NCBI GenBank assembly: GCA_041672515.1
Contig: JBAYZM010000001.1
Span: forward strand, 1 to 37,659
From: Arcobacteraceae bacterium
GTDB taxonomy: Bacteria > Campylobacterota > Campylobacteria > Campylobacterales > Arcobacteraceae
Direction: 5' to 3'
DNA: 37,659 bases
Shown piece by piece: positions 7,599 to 17,035 of this stretch. Under the pieces are notes generated by a model. That model did no database searches, was not told the DNA's origin, and worked only from the letters and a program-made list of their open reading frames with translations. Every line of letters begins with the position of its first letter. Within the stretch, counting starts at the first letter, position 1. The position numbers and the translations under genes were made by a program.

Positions 7599-8803
7599 AA
7601 ACTAGCGACCAAAAACTAAAAACTAATATGTATGATTATTTAATCGTTGGTTCTGGAATCATAGGAATGACAATAGCTTATGAATTGATAAATCAAAACA
7701 AAGATTTAAAAATAGCTATTATTGATAAAGAGGAAGATGTAGGAAAACACGCAAGTGGAAGAAATAGTGGCGTTTTACATGCAGGATTTTATTACAGTGC
7801 CAATAGTTTAAAAGCAAAGTTTACAGTAGATGGTAATAGACTTATGAAAGAGTTTTGTAACTCAAATAATATAGAAGTTAAATCCACTCAGAAAATAGTA
7901 GTAGCAAAAGATGAAAAAGAGATAGAAGGCATTTATGAACTTCAAAAAAGAGCTCAAGTAAATGGAGTTGAAACAAAAATTATTGAAGAAGATGAAGTAG
8001 CTAAAATAGATTCAAATATTAAAACCTACAAAAAAGCCCTTTTTTCACCCAATACAGCCAGTGTTGACCCCAAAATTGTTTGTTTTAAACTCAAGAATAT
8101 TTTAGAACAACAAGGTATTGAGTTTTTCTTTAATACTTCGTTTGAGGTAAGTGAATTAAAGTATGATTATGTAATTAATTGTGCTGGAGCGTATGCAGAT
8201 AAAGTTGCTCAAAGTTTTGGACTGGCACAAAATTATACCATGCTTCCTTTTAAAGGGATATATTTAAAATATATGACCAATAAAACAGATATTAAAACCA
8301 ATATATACCCTGTCCCAAATTTATCAAACCCTTTTTTAGGTGTGCATTATACGATTACATCGGATGGAAGTATTAAAATAGGACCAACTGCTATTCCAGC
8401 TTTCTGGAGAGAAAACTATGACGGATTGAGCAATTTTAATTTGAAAGAAATGATTGAAATATTATACTATGAGAGTAAATTATTTATTTTGAATAGTTTT
8501 AATTTTAGAAATTTAGCCATAGAAGAGATGAAAAACTACAGTTCTAAGATTTTCATTCAAAAAGCAAAAGATATGGTTAAAAGAATAGGAAATGATTTTA
8601 AACCAATTCCAGCAGGAATTAGGGCACAATTATTAAATACAAAGACCAACGAACTGGTTCAAGATTTTGTAGTAGAACACGGTAAAAACTCAACTCATGT
8701 GCTTAATGCTGTAAGCCCTGCCTTTACTTGCAGTTTTGCATTTGCAAAATATGTTGTAAAAGAAATAAATAATAATCAAAAGGAAAATAAAAATGTTGAA
8801 TAA
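7586..8803 (+). CDS. FAD-dependent L-2-hydroxyglutarate oxidase-like protein (LhgO family)
   Basis: IVGSGIIG, HASGRNSGVLHAGFYY, IYPVP...PFLGVH, GIRAQ, NAVSPAFT. Start is either TTG 7586 (GAGG 7 nt upstream) or ATG 7628. Confidence 0.85.
   Translation: MYSLKTSDQKLKTNMYDYLIVGSGIIGMTIAYELINQNKDLKIAIIDKEEDVGKHASGRNSGVLHAGFYYSANSLKAKFTVDGNRLMKEFCNSNNIEVKSTQKIVVAKDEKEIEGIYELQKRAQVNGVETKIIEEDEVAKIDSNIKTYKKALFSPNTASVDPKIVCFKLKNILEQQGIEFFFNTSFEVSELKYDYVINCAGAYADKVAQSFGLAQNYTMLPFKGIYLKYMTNKTDIKTNIYPVPNLSNPFLGVHYTITSDGSIKIGPTAIPAFWRENYDGLSNFNLKEMIEILYYESKLFILNSFNFRNLAIEEMKNYSSKIFIQKAKDMVKRIGNDFKPIPAGIRAQLLNTKTNELVQDFVVEHGKNSTHVLNAVSPAFTCSFAFAKYVVKEINNNQKENKNVE
7592..7626 (+). repeat. Heptamer array x5 at the wbpE / lhgO-like junction
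   Basis: tcactaa aaactag cgaccaa aaactaa aaactaa; the first unit supplies the wbpE stop. Confidence 0.92.
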
Positions 8804-9776
8804 ACTTGAAAATGCAAAAGTTTTAGTAATAGGTGCTGCAGGGTTTATTGGTGGTTTTGTTGTAAGTGAGTTGCTTAAAGAGCCTGTTAAAGAAGTAATT
8901 ATTTATGACAATTTCACTCGTGGCAAAATGGAAAATCTTGAAGATAGTTTAAAAGACCCAAGATGTACTATTTTCCCATATGGTGGTGATGTGAGAGAAT
9001 TAGATGTTTTAGATAAAGCTATGGAAGGGGTTGATTATGTATTTCATTTAGCTGCAATGTGGCTTTTACACTGTAAAGATTTTCCACGGACGGCGTTTGA
9101 TGTAAACATAGCAGGTACTTTTAACGTACTGGAAGCCTGTGTAAAGCACAAAGTAAAAAAATTAATTTATAGCTCATCTGCTTCAGTATATGGGGATGCT
9201 GTTCACGTTCCTATGACAGAAGACCATCCTTTTAATAACAAAAACTTCTATGGTGCTACAAAAATTGCAGGTGAAGCAATGTGTACAGCATACAATGACA
9301 GATACGGTTTAGAAATAGTAGGTCTTAGATATATGAATGTTTATGGACCAGGTCAAGACCAACATGCAGTTTACAGTGGGGTTGTTCCGATTGTTTTAAA
9401 TAAAATTGACAGAAATGAAGCACCAAGTGTAAATGGTGATGGTTCTCAAGCGTATGATTTTATCTATGTAGAAGATATTGCAAGATGTAATATATCAGCT
9501 GCAAAATCAGATGTAAAGTTAGGATACTATAATGTTGGAACAGAAATACAAACAACTGTTCGAGAACTTTGTAATACGATGTTAAAGCTAAAAAATTCAG
9601 ACCTTGAAATCAATTATGTGCCATACAGTGCTGATGATGCAAGACAACTAGTACAAAATAGAATCGGTTCACGACAAAAAGCAGAACAAGAACTTGGATT
9701 TAAATATAAATACTCTTTAGAAGATGGGCTTAAAAAACTGATTGCATGGAGAGAAGAAAAAGGTATTAAAGGTTAA
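8793..9776 (+). CDS. NAD-dependent epimerase/dehydratase (extended SDR)
   Basis: GAAGFIG, SSSASVYG, YGATK, RYMNVYGP. Confidence 0.9.
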   Translation: MLNKLENAKVLVIGAAGFIGGFVVSELLKEPVKEVIIYDNFTRGKMENLEDSLKDPRCTIFPYGGDVRELDVLDKAMEGVDYVFHLAAMWLLHCKDFPRTAFDVNIAGTFNVLEACVKHKVKKLIYSSSASVYGDAVHVPMTEDHPFNNKNFYGATKIAGEAMCTAYNDRYGLEIVGLRYMNVYGPGQDQHAVYSGVVPIVLNKIDRNEAPSVNGDGSQAYDFIYVEDIARCNISAAKSDVKLGYYNVGTEIQTTVRELCNTMLKLKNSDLEINYVPYSADDARQLVQNRIGSRQKAEQELGFKYKYSLEDGLKKLIAWREEKGIKG

Positions 9777-9780
9777 TTAT

Positions 9781-10971
9781 ATGAAAATGAATATTCCTAT
9801 TACAAAAACAATATTTGGAGATGAAGAAAAAGAAGCTATAGTAAAACCACTTGAAACTGGTTGGGTAGTACAAGGTCCAAATGTAGCAAAATTTCAAACT
9901 ATGTTTTCAGAATTTACGGGCAGTAAATATGCCCATGCTGCTAGTAACTGTACTACCGCACTTCATTTAGGGCTTGAAGCCATGGGTATTACAAAAGGAG
10001 ATAAAGTAATTGTTCCATCTTTTACTTATATTGCCAGTGCCAATGCAGTTGAATATACAGGGGCAGAGGTTATTTTTTGTGATATTAACTTAAAAACTTT
10101 TAATATTGATGAAACAAAACTTGAAGATTTGATTAAAATGGATGGTACAATAAAAGCTATTATGCCTGTAAACCTTTTTGGACTTTGTGCTAATATGCTT
10201 TATATTATGGAACTGGCTAAAAAATATAATCTAAAAGTTATTGAAGACAGTGCTTGTGGTTTTGATGGATGGATTGGTGATAAACACTCTGGTACTTTTG
10301 GTGATTGCGGATGTTTCTCATTTCATCCTAGAAAGTCTATTTGCACAGGTGAAGGTGGTATGCTTATCACTGATGATGAAAATATTGCAAATAAAGTATC
10401 TCAACTTAAAGATCACGGAGCAAGTAAATCTGACCTTCAAAGACATAAAGAGAAAGGTGGTTCTTTATTACCTGACTTCACTATGAGAGGATACAATTAC
10501 CGCATGACGGATATGCAAGGTGCTCTTGGAGTTTGTCAAATGGATAAAAAAGAGTATATAATGAATGGTAGAAGAGAAATAGCTGCAAAATATGATGTTT
10601 TACTAAAAGATATATCACAACTAGTAACTCCATATATCCCTGAGAACTATAAACATGGGTATCAGTCATATGTTTGTATTTTTACAGATGGGGAAGATAT
10701 CTCAAATCTTACAAAAGAGCAAATAGATAGAATCAATATAAAAAGAAATATTTTCATGGAAAAACTTGAAAATATGACAATATCTACAAGACAAGGAACA
10801 CATGCTGTTCATACTCTTGGGTATTATAAAAATAAAAACAACTTCAAAGACGAAGATTTTATTATGAGTTATGCAGCAGATAGACTCTCAATTGCTCTTC
10901 CATTATATGCAGGAATGAGTAATGAAGAGTTTGATTATGTTATTTTAAATATAAAAGAGGCTTTAAAATAA
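9781..10971 (+). CDS. DegT/DnrJ/EryC1/StrS sugar aminotransferase
   Basis: NCTTALHL, EDSAC, FSFHPRKSICTGEGG, GYNYRMTD; start 9781 or 9787. Confidence 0.9.
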   Translation: MKMNIPITKTIFGDEEKEAIVKPLETGWVVQGPNVAKFQTMFSEFTGSKYAHAASNCTTALHLGLEAMGITKGDKVIVPSFTYIASANAVEYTGAEVIFCDINLKTFNIDETKLEDLIKMDGTIKAIMPVNLFGLCANMLYIMELAKKYNLKVIEDSACGFDGWIGDKHSGTFGDCGCFSFHPRKSICTGEGGMLITDDENIANKVSQLKDHGASKSDLQRHKEKGGSLLPDFTMRGYNYRMTDMQGALGVCQMDKKEYIMNGRREIAAKYDVLLKDISQLVTPYIPENYKHGYQSYVCIFTDGEDISNLTKEQIDRINIKRNIFMEKLENMTISTRQGTHAVHTLGYYKNKNNFKDEDFIMSYAADRLSIALPLYAGMSNEEFDYVILNIKEALK

Positions 10972-10972
10972 T

Positions 10973-12973
10973 ATGTGTGGAATAGTAGGAGCTTTATCAC
11001 TCAACAGACCATCTATAAATATTGATTATGCAAAGTCTATGGCAGATAAAATAGCCCATAGGGGACCTGATGATGCAGGATATCTTTGCTTTCATACAGG
11101 TTCAAGGCACAATAGAAGAGTCTCTTTTTATCAAAATCTCACAGATGAAAAATTTAAAAATATAGAAGATATGCTTCCTACTATTGAATCAAATTCAGCT
11201 CAAAGAGAGTTGCATTCTCATGATTATGACCTTTATATGGGGCATAGAAGATTGTCAATTTTAGATGTAAGTTATGCAGGGCATCAACCTATGAGTGATT
11301 TATCCAAAAATATTTGGATAGCTTATAATGGAGAGGTATATAACTTCAAAGAACTTCGAATTGAACTTGAAAAATTAGGACATAAATTCAAAAGTCATAC
11401 CGATACAGAAGTAATTATATATGCTTATATAGAGTGGGGAATAGAGTGTATCAAAAAGTTTAACGGTATGTTTGCCTTTTCTCTTTATGATAACTTTCAA
11501 AAGAAGTTTTATCTTTGTAGAGATCGTTATGGTATTAAACCAGTTTATTATCACATAACAGATGAAAAAACTTTTATATACGCTAGTGAGATCAAATCTA
11601 TTTTGGAGTATAAAGATTATAAAAGTGAAGTAGACAAAGAAGCATTGCTTGAATATTTTACATTTCAAAATATATTTACAAATAAAACACTTCATAAAGA
11701 TATACAGATACTTGAAGCTGGACACTATTTTGAGATAGATTTACACTCACAAGAAATAGAAAAAACTCAATATTGGGATTTCGATTTTAGTGAACCTGAG
11801 ACTATCAAAGATGAAAGAGAATATATAGAAGAACTTGATAGACTTTTTACACAAGCAGTACAAAGACAGCTTGTAGCAGATGTTCAAGTAGGAAGCTACT
11901 TAAGTGGTGGTATAGATAGTGGTTCTATAACAGCTATAGCATCAAATCATTTCCAAAAAAATAATAGTTTTTTAAAAACATTTACCGTAGGATTTGATTT
12001 AAGTAGTGCAAGTGGTATGGAACTTAGCTTTGATGAGAGAGCAAAAGCTGAGTATATGTCTTATAAGTTTAAAACAGAACACTATGAGATGGTACTTAAA
12101 TCAGGTGACATGGAAAGATGTATGAATAATTTTGCATATCATCTTGAAGAACCACGAGTTGGTCAAAGTTATCCGAACTACTATGCTGCAAAACTTGCCA
12201 GTAAATTTGTAAAAGTAGTACTTAGTGGTGCAGGAGGAGATGAACTTTTTGCAGGCTATCCTTGGAGATACTATAAAGCAGTTAATAATGATAATTTTGA
12301 TAATTATATAGATAAATATTATGGGTTTTGGAAACGACTTATTGATAATAAGAATATAAAACAAGTTTTTTCACCTATAATGAATGATACTAAAGATGTA
12401 TGGACAAGAGATATTTTTGCAAATGTATTTAAAACACCTATAAAAAATCAAACACCAGAAGAGTATATAAATCATTCACTTTATTTTGAAGCAAAGACCT
12501 TTTTACATGGACTTTTAGTAGTAGATGATAAACTTTCTATGGCACATAGTTTAGAAACAAGAGTTCCATTTCTTGATAATGATTTAGTAGATTTCACACA
12601 AAAAATACCTGCAAAATATAAGCTAGGAGATTTACATAAAGTTATCCATATGGATGAAAATGAAATAGGAAAAATGCAAAAAACCAATGATGGAAAAGTA
12701 ATTTTACGAAAAGCAATGAGTAAATATATTCCAGAAGATATACACAAAGCTGTAAAACAAGGCTTTAGTTCTCCTGACCAAAGTTGGTTTAAAGGTGAGA
12801 GTATAGAGTTTGTAAAAGAAAAACTTTTAATTAGTGATGCTAATATCTATAAATATATGGATAAAGATGCAACCTCCAAGCTGATAAATGAACACTTAAA
12901 TGGAGAAGAAAATAGACGATTATTTATCTGGAGTTTACTTAACTTTGAAGAGTGGAGTAATATTTATGGTTAA
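10973..12973 (+). CDS. Asparagine-synthase-like glutamine amidotransferase (sugar amidation)
   Basis: MCGIVG, HRGPDD, HRRLSILD, NGEVYNF, LSGGIDS, SGAGGDELFAGY, ETRVPFLD. Confidence 0.92.
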   Translation: MCGIVGALSLNRPSINIDYAKSMADKIAHRGPDDAGYLCFHTGSRHNRRVSFYQNLTDEKFKNIEDMLPTIESNSAQRELHSHDYDLYMGHRRLSILDVSYAGHQPMSDLSKNIWIAYNGEVYNFKELRIELEKLGHKFKSHTDTEVIIYAYIEWGIECIKKFNGMFAFSLYDNFQKKFYLCRDRYGIKPVYYHITDEKTFIYASEIKSILEYKDYKSEVDKEALLEYFTFQNIFTNKTLHKDIQILEAGHYFEIDLHSQEIEKTQYWDFDFSEPETIKDEREYIEELDRLFTQAVQRQLVADVQVGSYLSGGIDSGSITAIASNHFQKNNSFLKTFTVGFDLSSASGMELSFDERAKAEYMSYKFKTEHYEMVLKSGDMERCMNNFAYHLEEPRVGQSYPNYYAAKLASKFVKVVLSGAGGDELFAGYPWRYYKAVNNDNFDNYIDKYYGFWKRLIDNKNIKQVFSPIMNDTKDVWTRDIFANVFKTPIKNQTPEEYINHSLYFEAKTFLHGLLVVDDKLSMAHSLETRVPFLDNDLVDFTQKIPAKYKLGDLHKVIHMDENEIGKMQKTNDGKVILRKAMSKYIPEDIHKAVKQGFSSPDQSWFKGESIEFVKEKLLISDANIYKYMDKDATSKLINEHLNGEENRRLFIWSLLNFEEWSNIYG

Positions 12974-13007
12974 AGACTATACTCTAAAATTAACAAAAGG
13001 AAATAAA

Positions 13008-13784
13008 ATGGTAACGTATGAAGATATAAGAGAATTTTGGGCAGATGCAGGAAAAAAAGAGTTGGACGATAATGGATTAAAACCAACAGCTAGAGACCCA
13101 TATTTACAGGAACTTATTGAAAAAAGCATTATGAAATATTTAAATAGTTATGATAATGTTTTAGATATAGGTTGTGGAGAGGGTAGCTCAACTAAATTTT
13201 TTGCAAGTAAAGTTAAAAAAATTGTAGGTATTGATTATACTGAATCTCTTATTGAACAGGCAAAGAAAAATAATGTAGCAAATAATGCTACATATTTACA
13301 TGAGAATGTGTTAACCTTAGAAACGATAGAGGATGATTTTTTTGATGTTAGTATTAATATTAGATGTTTGATAAATCTTCCTGAAGAGGAAATGCAATTT
13401 AAGGGGATAGAAAATATTTTTAAAAAAATCAAATCTGGTGGGTTATGTATTTTTAATGAAGGGACAATAAATGAATTTGAAAACTTGAACGTATATAGAA
13501 CTAGGAATAAGTTAACACCAATGGTGCTCGCGAAATACAATAAATTATTTCCTAATGCCAAGCTTGAAGAATTTTTTCAAGAGCATGGTTATATTATTGA
13601 TGTTATTACATTGGGTGATTATATATACGGTTCACGTATCGTTCACCCTATGATAGTGGGTGAAAATAATATTAAACACGACAGTGAAATTAATTATTCA
13701 TATGCCAAGATGATGTTGAATGAAAAACTTGATAAACACCCAGAATTATCATATTCCTCTATATACATCGTTAAGAAAAAATAG
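13008..13784 (+). CDS. Class I SAM-dependent methyltransferase
   Basis: VLDIGCGEG, GIDY, RCLINL; ATG 13008 follows AAGG SD. Confidence 0.85.
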   Translation: MVTYEDIREFWADAGKKELDDNGLKPTARDPYLQELIEKSIMKYLNSYDNVLDIGCGEGSSTKFFASKVKKIVGIDYTESLIEQAKKNNVANNATYLHENVLTLETIEDDFFDVSINIRCLINLPEEEMQFKGIENIFKKIKSGGLCIFNEGTINEFENLNVYRTRNKLTPMVLAKYNKLFPNAKLEEFFQEHGYIIDVITLGDYIYGSRIVHPMIVGENNIKHDSEINYSYAKMMLNEKLDKHPELSYSSIYIVKKK

Positions 13785-13792
13785 GATTATTT

Positions 13793-14968
13793 ATGCCTGA
13801 TAAAAGTTTGAATACTAATCTCAAAGTATGTACTAAGTGTATACTTGATGAAAGAGTGGCTTCTATTGAATTTGATGAAAGTGGTGTATGTAATTATTGT
13901 CAGCAAATCGAAAAACTCAAAGAGGAATACGGTACTGGCACCAAAAAGGGTGAAGAAAAATTTATAAAAATTTTAGAAGAAATCAGCATGGCCGGAAAGG
14001 GCAAAAAATATGACTGTATTGTTGGCGTGAGTGGAGGAACTGATTCATCTTATATGTTGTATTTGGCAAAAAAATGGGGTCTTAGACCCCTTGCAGTCCA
14101 TTATGACAATACTTGGAATAGTGCAATCGCTACCGAAAATATAAGAAAAGTTTTAAAAGCACTTGATGTGGATCTTTATACACATGTAGTAGATAATAAA
14201 GAATCAGATGATATATTTAGGTCATTTTTTTTAGCAGATGTTGCTGAACTAGATGCAGGAACAGATTTGGCACTTGCAGAAGTAATGTATCGTGCAGCCT
14301 GGAAATATAAAGTAAAGTACGTACTTGAAGGTCATTCTTTTATAACAGAGGGTATTGTTCCAGTTGGAAGAAACTATTTTGATGGTAAGTATATAAAGTC
14401 TATTCATAATATGTTTGGAAGAATACCAATGAAGTCATATCCATTGATGACATTTGGCAGATTTTTGTTTTGGAGTATGTTTGCTCAAATAAGAAAAGTG
14501 AGACCTTTTTGGTACATAGATTATAACAAAGAAGATACAAGAATTTTTTTAGAAAAGGAGTATGATTGGAAATATTATGGTGGTCATCATTTAGAAAACA
14601 GGTCTGCTTCTTTTTGTCATACAGTATACTTTCCTCAAAAATTTAATACAGATATGAGAAATAATACATTGTCTGCACTTGTAAGAAATGGAAAACTCTC
14701 AAGAAAAGAGGCATGGCAAGAGTATAATAAACCACCACTTATTGAAAAAGATTTAGTAGAGTATTTTAAAAAAAGACTTGAACTTAGTGACGAAGAATAT
14801 GAAAAAATTATGGCTAGAAGACCAAAGTCGTGGTATGAATATCCTACTTATAAAAAAAGATTTGAAAGGTTAAGACCATTATTTAAAATATTAGCAAAAG
14901 CAAATTTAGTGCCTATGAGCTTTTATTTAAAATACTGTTTCCCGATTAAAAAGGATGATAAAAAATGA
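13793..14968 (+). CDS. N-acetyl sugar amidotransferase (WbpG/WbuX/PseA-like), copy 1
   Basis: CxxC...CxxC N-terminus, YDCIVGVSGGTDSS PP-loop, LRPLAVHYDNTW, HHLE; followed by hisH/hisF paralogues. Confidence 0.88.
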   Translation: MPDKSLNTNLKVCTKCILDERVASIEFDESGVCNYCQQIEKLKEEYGTGTKKGEEKFIKILEEISMAGKGKKYDCIVGVSGGTDSSYMLYLAKKWGLRPLAVHYDNTWNSAIATENIRKVLKALDVDLYTHVVDNKESDDIFRSFFLADVAELDAGTDLALAEVMYRAAWKYKVKYVLEGHSFITEGIVPVGRNYFDGKYIKSIHNMFGRIPMKSYPLMTFGRFLFWSMFAQIRKVRPFWYIDYNKEDTRIFLEKEYDWKYYGGHHLENRSASFCHTVYFPQKFNTDMRNNTLSALVRNGKLSRKEAWQEYNKPPLIEKDLVEYFKKRLELSDEEYEKIMARRPKSWYEYPTYKKRFERLRPLFKILAKANLVPMSFYLKYCFPIKKDDKK

Positions 14969-15573
14969 TAACAATTATAGATTATGGGATGGGGAATTTA
15001 GGTTCTATTAAAAATATGTTTAAATATATAGGGGTAGAAGCTGTGATACAAAGTGATGTAGATAAAATAAAAAATGCTTCGAAAATACTTTTACCCGGTG
15101 TTGGTTCATTTGATACTGCTATGAAAAAGATAAATGAAACAGATTTAAGAGAAGTATTAAATGAAAAAGCTTTAAAAGAACAAGTTCCAGTACTTGGCAT
15201 TTGTTTGGGGATGCAACTTTTAACTAACTCAAGCGAAGAGGGAATCTTAAATGGACTTGGTTGGATAGATGCTAAAACTATGAGCTTCAAAGAGAGAATC
15301 GTTAAAAAATATAGAATCCCCCACATGGGGTGGAATATAGTGCATAAATCAAATGAAAGTTTATTAACTGATGGGTTTGAAGAAACCAGATTTTATTTTG
15401 TACATTCATATTTTGTAAAAGTCGTAGATGAAAAGAATTCTATTCTTAAAACAAATTATGGTGTAGAATTTGATAGTGCTATCCAAAAAAATAATATTTA
15501 TGGTGCTCAGTTTCACCCTGAAAAAAGTCATAAGTTTGGTATGAAACTCTTTGAAAACTTTGCAAGGATATAG
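14965..15573 (+). CDS. HisH-like glutaminase subunit (WbuY-type paralogue)
   Basis: IIDYGMGNLGS, LPGVG, GICLGMQLL, YFVHSY, QFHPEKS. Confidence 0.92.
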   Translation: MITIIDYGMGNLGSIKNMFKYIGVEAVIQSDVDKIKNASKILLPGVGSFDTAMKKINETDLREVLNEKALKEQVPVLGICLGMQLLTNSSEEGILNGLGWIDAKTMSFKERIVKKYRIPHMGWNIVHKSNESLLTDGFEETRFYFVHSYFVKVVDEKNSILKTNYGVEFDSAIQKNNIYGAQFHPEKSHKFGMKLFENFARI

Positions 15574-15575
15574 AG

Positions 15576-16337
15576 ATGCTACGAACTAGAGTAATTCCCT
15601 GTTTGCTTTTAAAAAATGAAAGCCTTGTAAAAACAGTGAAGTTTAAAGAGTACAACTACATAGGTGACCCTGTAAATACTGTGCGAATATTTAATGAACT
15701 TGAAGTAGATGAACTGATGTTTTTGGATATATTTGCTTCGAAAGAAAATAGACCTATTAATGTTAAGATTTTAGCTGATATTGCCAATGAATGTTTTATG
15801 CCACTTAGTTATGGAGGAAATATCAAAAGTTTACATGATGCTAAAAACATTTTTGAAATAGGATTTGAAAAAGTAGTGATAAATTCCAATACTTTTAATA
15901 ACCTAAAACTAATTGAAGATATAGCCAAATATTTTGGAAACCAAAGTATCGTAGGCTCTATAGATGTTAAAAAATCTTTTTTTGGTGGACAAAAAGTTTA
16001 TTCACATCATGGTAAAAAAAAGCAAAATTTAGATGTTATATCATGGGCAAAACAACTTGAAAATGCTGGAGTAGGAGAACTGCTTATTACTTCTATTGAT
16101 AAGGAAGGAAGTTGGGAAGGATATGATGTTGAACTTATCAAAAATATCTCTGAATCTGTGCAAGTACCAATTATTGCAAATGGCGGTTGTGGAAAAGTTG
16201 AGCATATTTGTGAAGTAGTTAAACATGCATACGTTTCTGCATGTGCTGTTGGAAGCATGGTGGTTTATCAGAAAAAAGGGATGGGAGTTTTAGTGAACTT
16301 TCCAGATCAAAAAAGATTGGAAGAGGTACTGAAATAA
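15576..16337 (+). CDS. HisF-like protein (WbuZ/AglZ-type), copy 1
   Basis: RTRVIPCLLL, YIGDPVN, FNELEVDEL, PLSYGG, GSMVVYQ. Confidence 0.9.
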   Translation: MLRTRVIPCLLLKNESLVKTVKFKEYNYIGDPVNTVRIFNELEVDELMFLDIFASKENRPINVKILADIANECFMPLSYGGNIKSLHDAKNIFEIGFEKVVINSNTFNNLKLIEDIAKYFGNQSIVGSIDVKKSFFGGQKVYSHHGKKKQNLDVISWAKQLENAGVGELLITSIDKEGSWEGYDVELIKNISESVQVPIIANGGCGKVEHICEVVKHAYVSACAVGSMVVYQKKGMGVLVNFPDQKRLEEVLK

Positions 16338-17035
16338 TGAATGATTTTACTTTTGATTATTATAAACAAATATTTCAGACAGCACTAGAAAATGATTATA
16401 AAATTATCACTTTAAAAGAGTTTTTTGCTGATGAATATAATAAAGATGAAAAGATATTGGTAAATAGAATCGATGTAGATGTCAAGATAGATAGACTTAA
16501 AACTATTTATAAAATATTTAAAGAGCTAAATATAAAAGCGAGTATATATGTAAGACTTCATGCACCTACTTACAATCTTTTATCAATCGGGAATATTAAA
16601 ATCATACAAGATCTGATATCAATAGGTTGTGAAATAGGGTTACATACGGAAATGGAAGATGTAAGTGGTTACTGTAATATTGATAAAGTTGAATTGTTGA
16701 AAGAGGAAATTAAACTCTTCGAAATACTATTTAAAATCAAGATTTATGGAACAGCTTCTCATGGCGATATAACGCATTATAACAATCTTGATTTTTGGAA
16801 AAGTCAAACACCTGAGGAAATGGGATTACTATATGAAGCATATAATACAAAGATTTGGGATAATTGCAGATATGTAAGCGATAGTGAATGGACAAGATGG
16901 AAAGCTTATGAAAATGGAAAACTGTTGGAAAATGATAGGAGAACCCCCCTTGAACATATAATAGAGGATCAACCAGTAGTATTACATATTTTGACACATC
17001 CAGAAAGTTGGTATGAAGGGTATATTTATGAGTAA
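16337..17035 (+). CDS. Polysaccharide-deacetylase-fold protein (WbmS-like), function uncertain
   Basis: RIDVD, EIGLH, ASHG, YVSDS, LTHP motifs; ATG 16337 overlaps the preceding TAA. Confidence 0.6.
   Translation: MNDFTFDYYKQIFQTALENDYKIITLKEFFADEYNKDEKILVNRIDVDVKIDRLKTIYKIFKELNIKASIYVRLHAPTYNLLSIGNIKIIQDLISIGCEIGLHTEMEDVSGYCNIDKVELLKEEIKLFEILFKIKIYGTASHGDITHYNNLDFWKSQTPEEMGLLYEAYNTKIWDNCRYVSDSEWTRWKAYENGKLLENDRRTPLEHIIEDQPVVLHILTHPESWYEGYIYE

Noticed and set aside
5328-7626. CRISPR array or complete diversity-generating retroelement
   Set aside because: Units are 7-nt tandem repeats without unique spacers; no cas gene, reverse transcriptase or template/variable repeat pair seen in the window.
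14965-16337. Histidine biosynthesis operon
   Set aside because: No other his genes; adjacency to N-acetyl sugar amidotransferases indicates glycan-modification paralogues.
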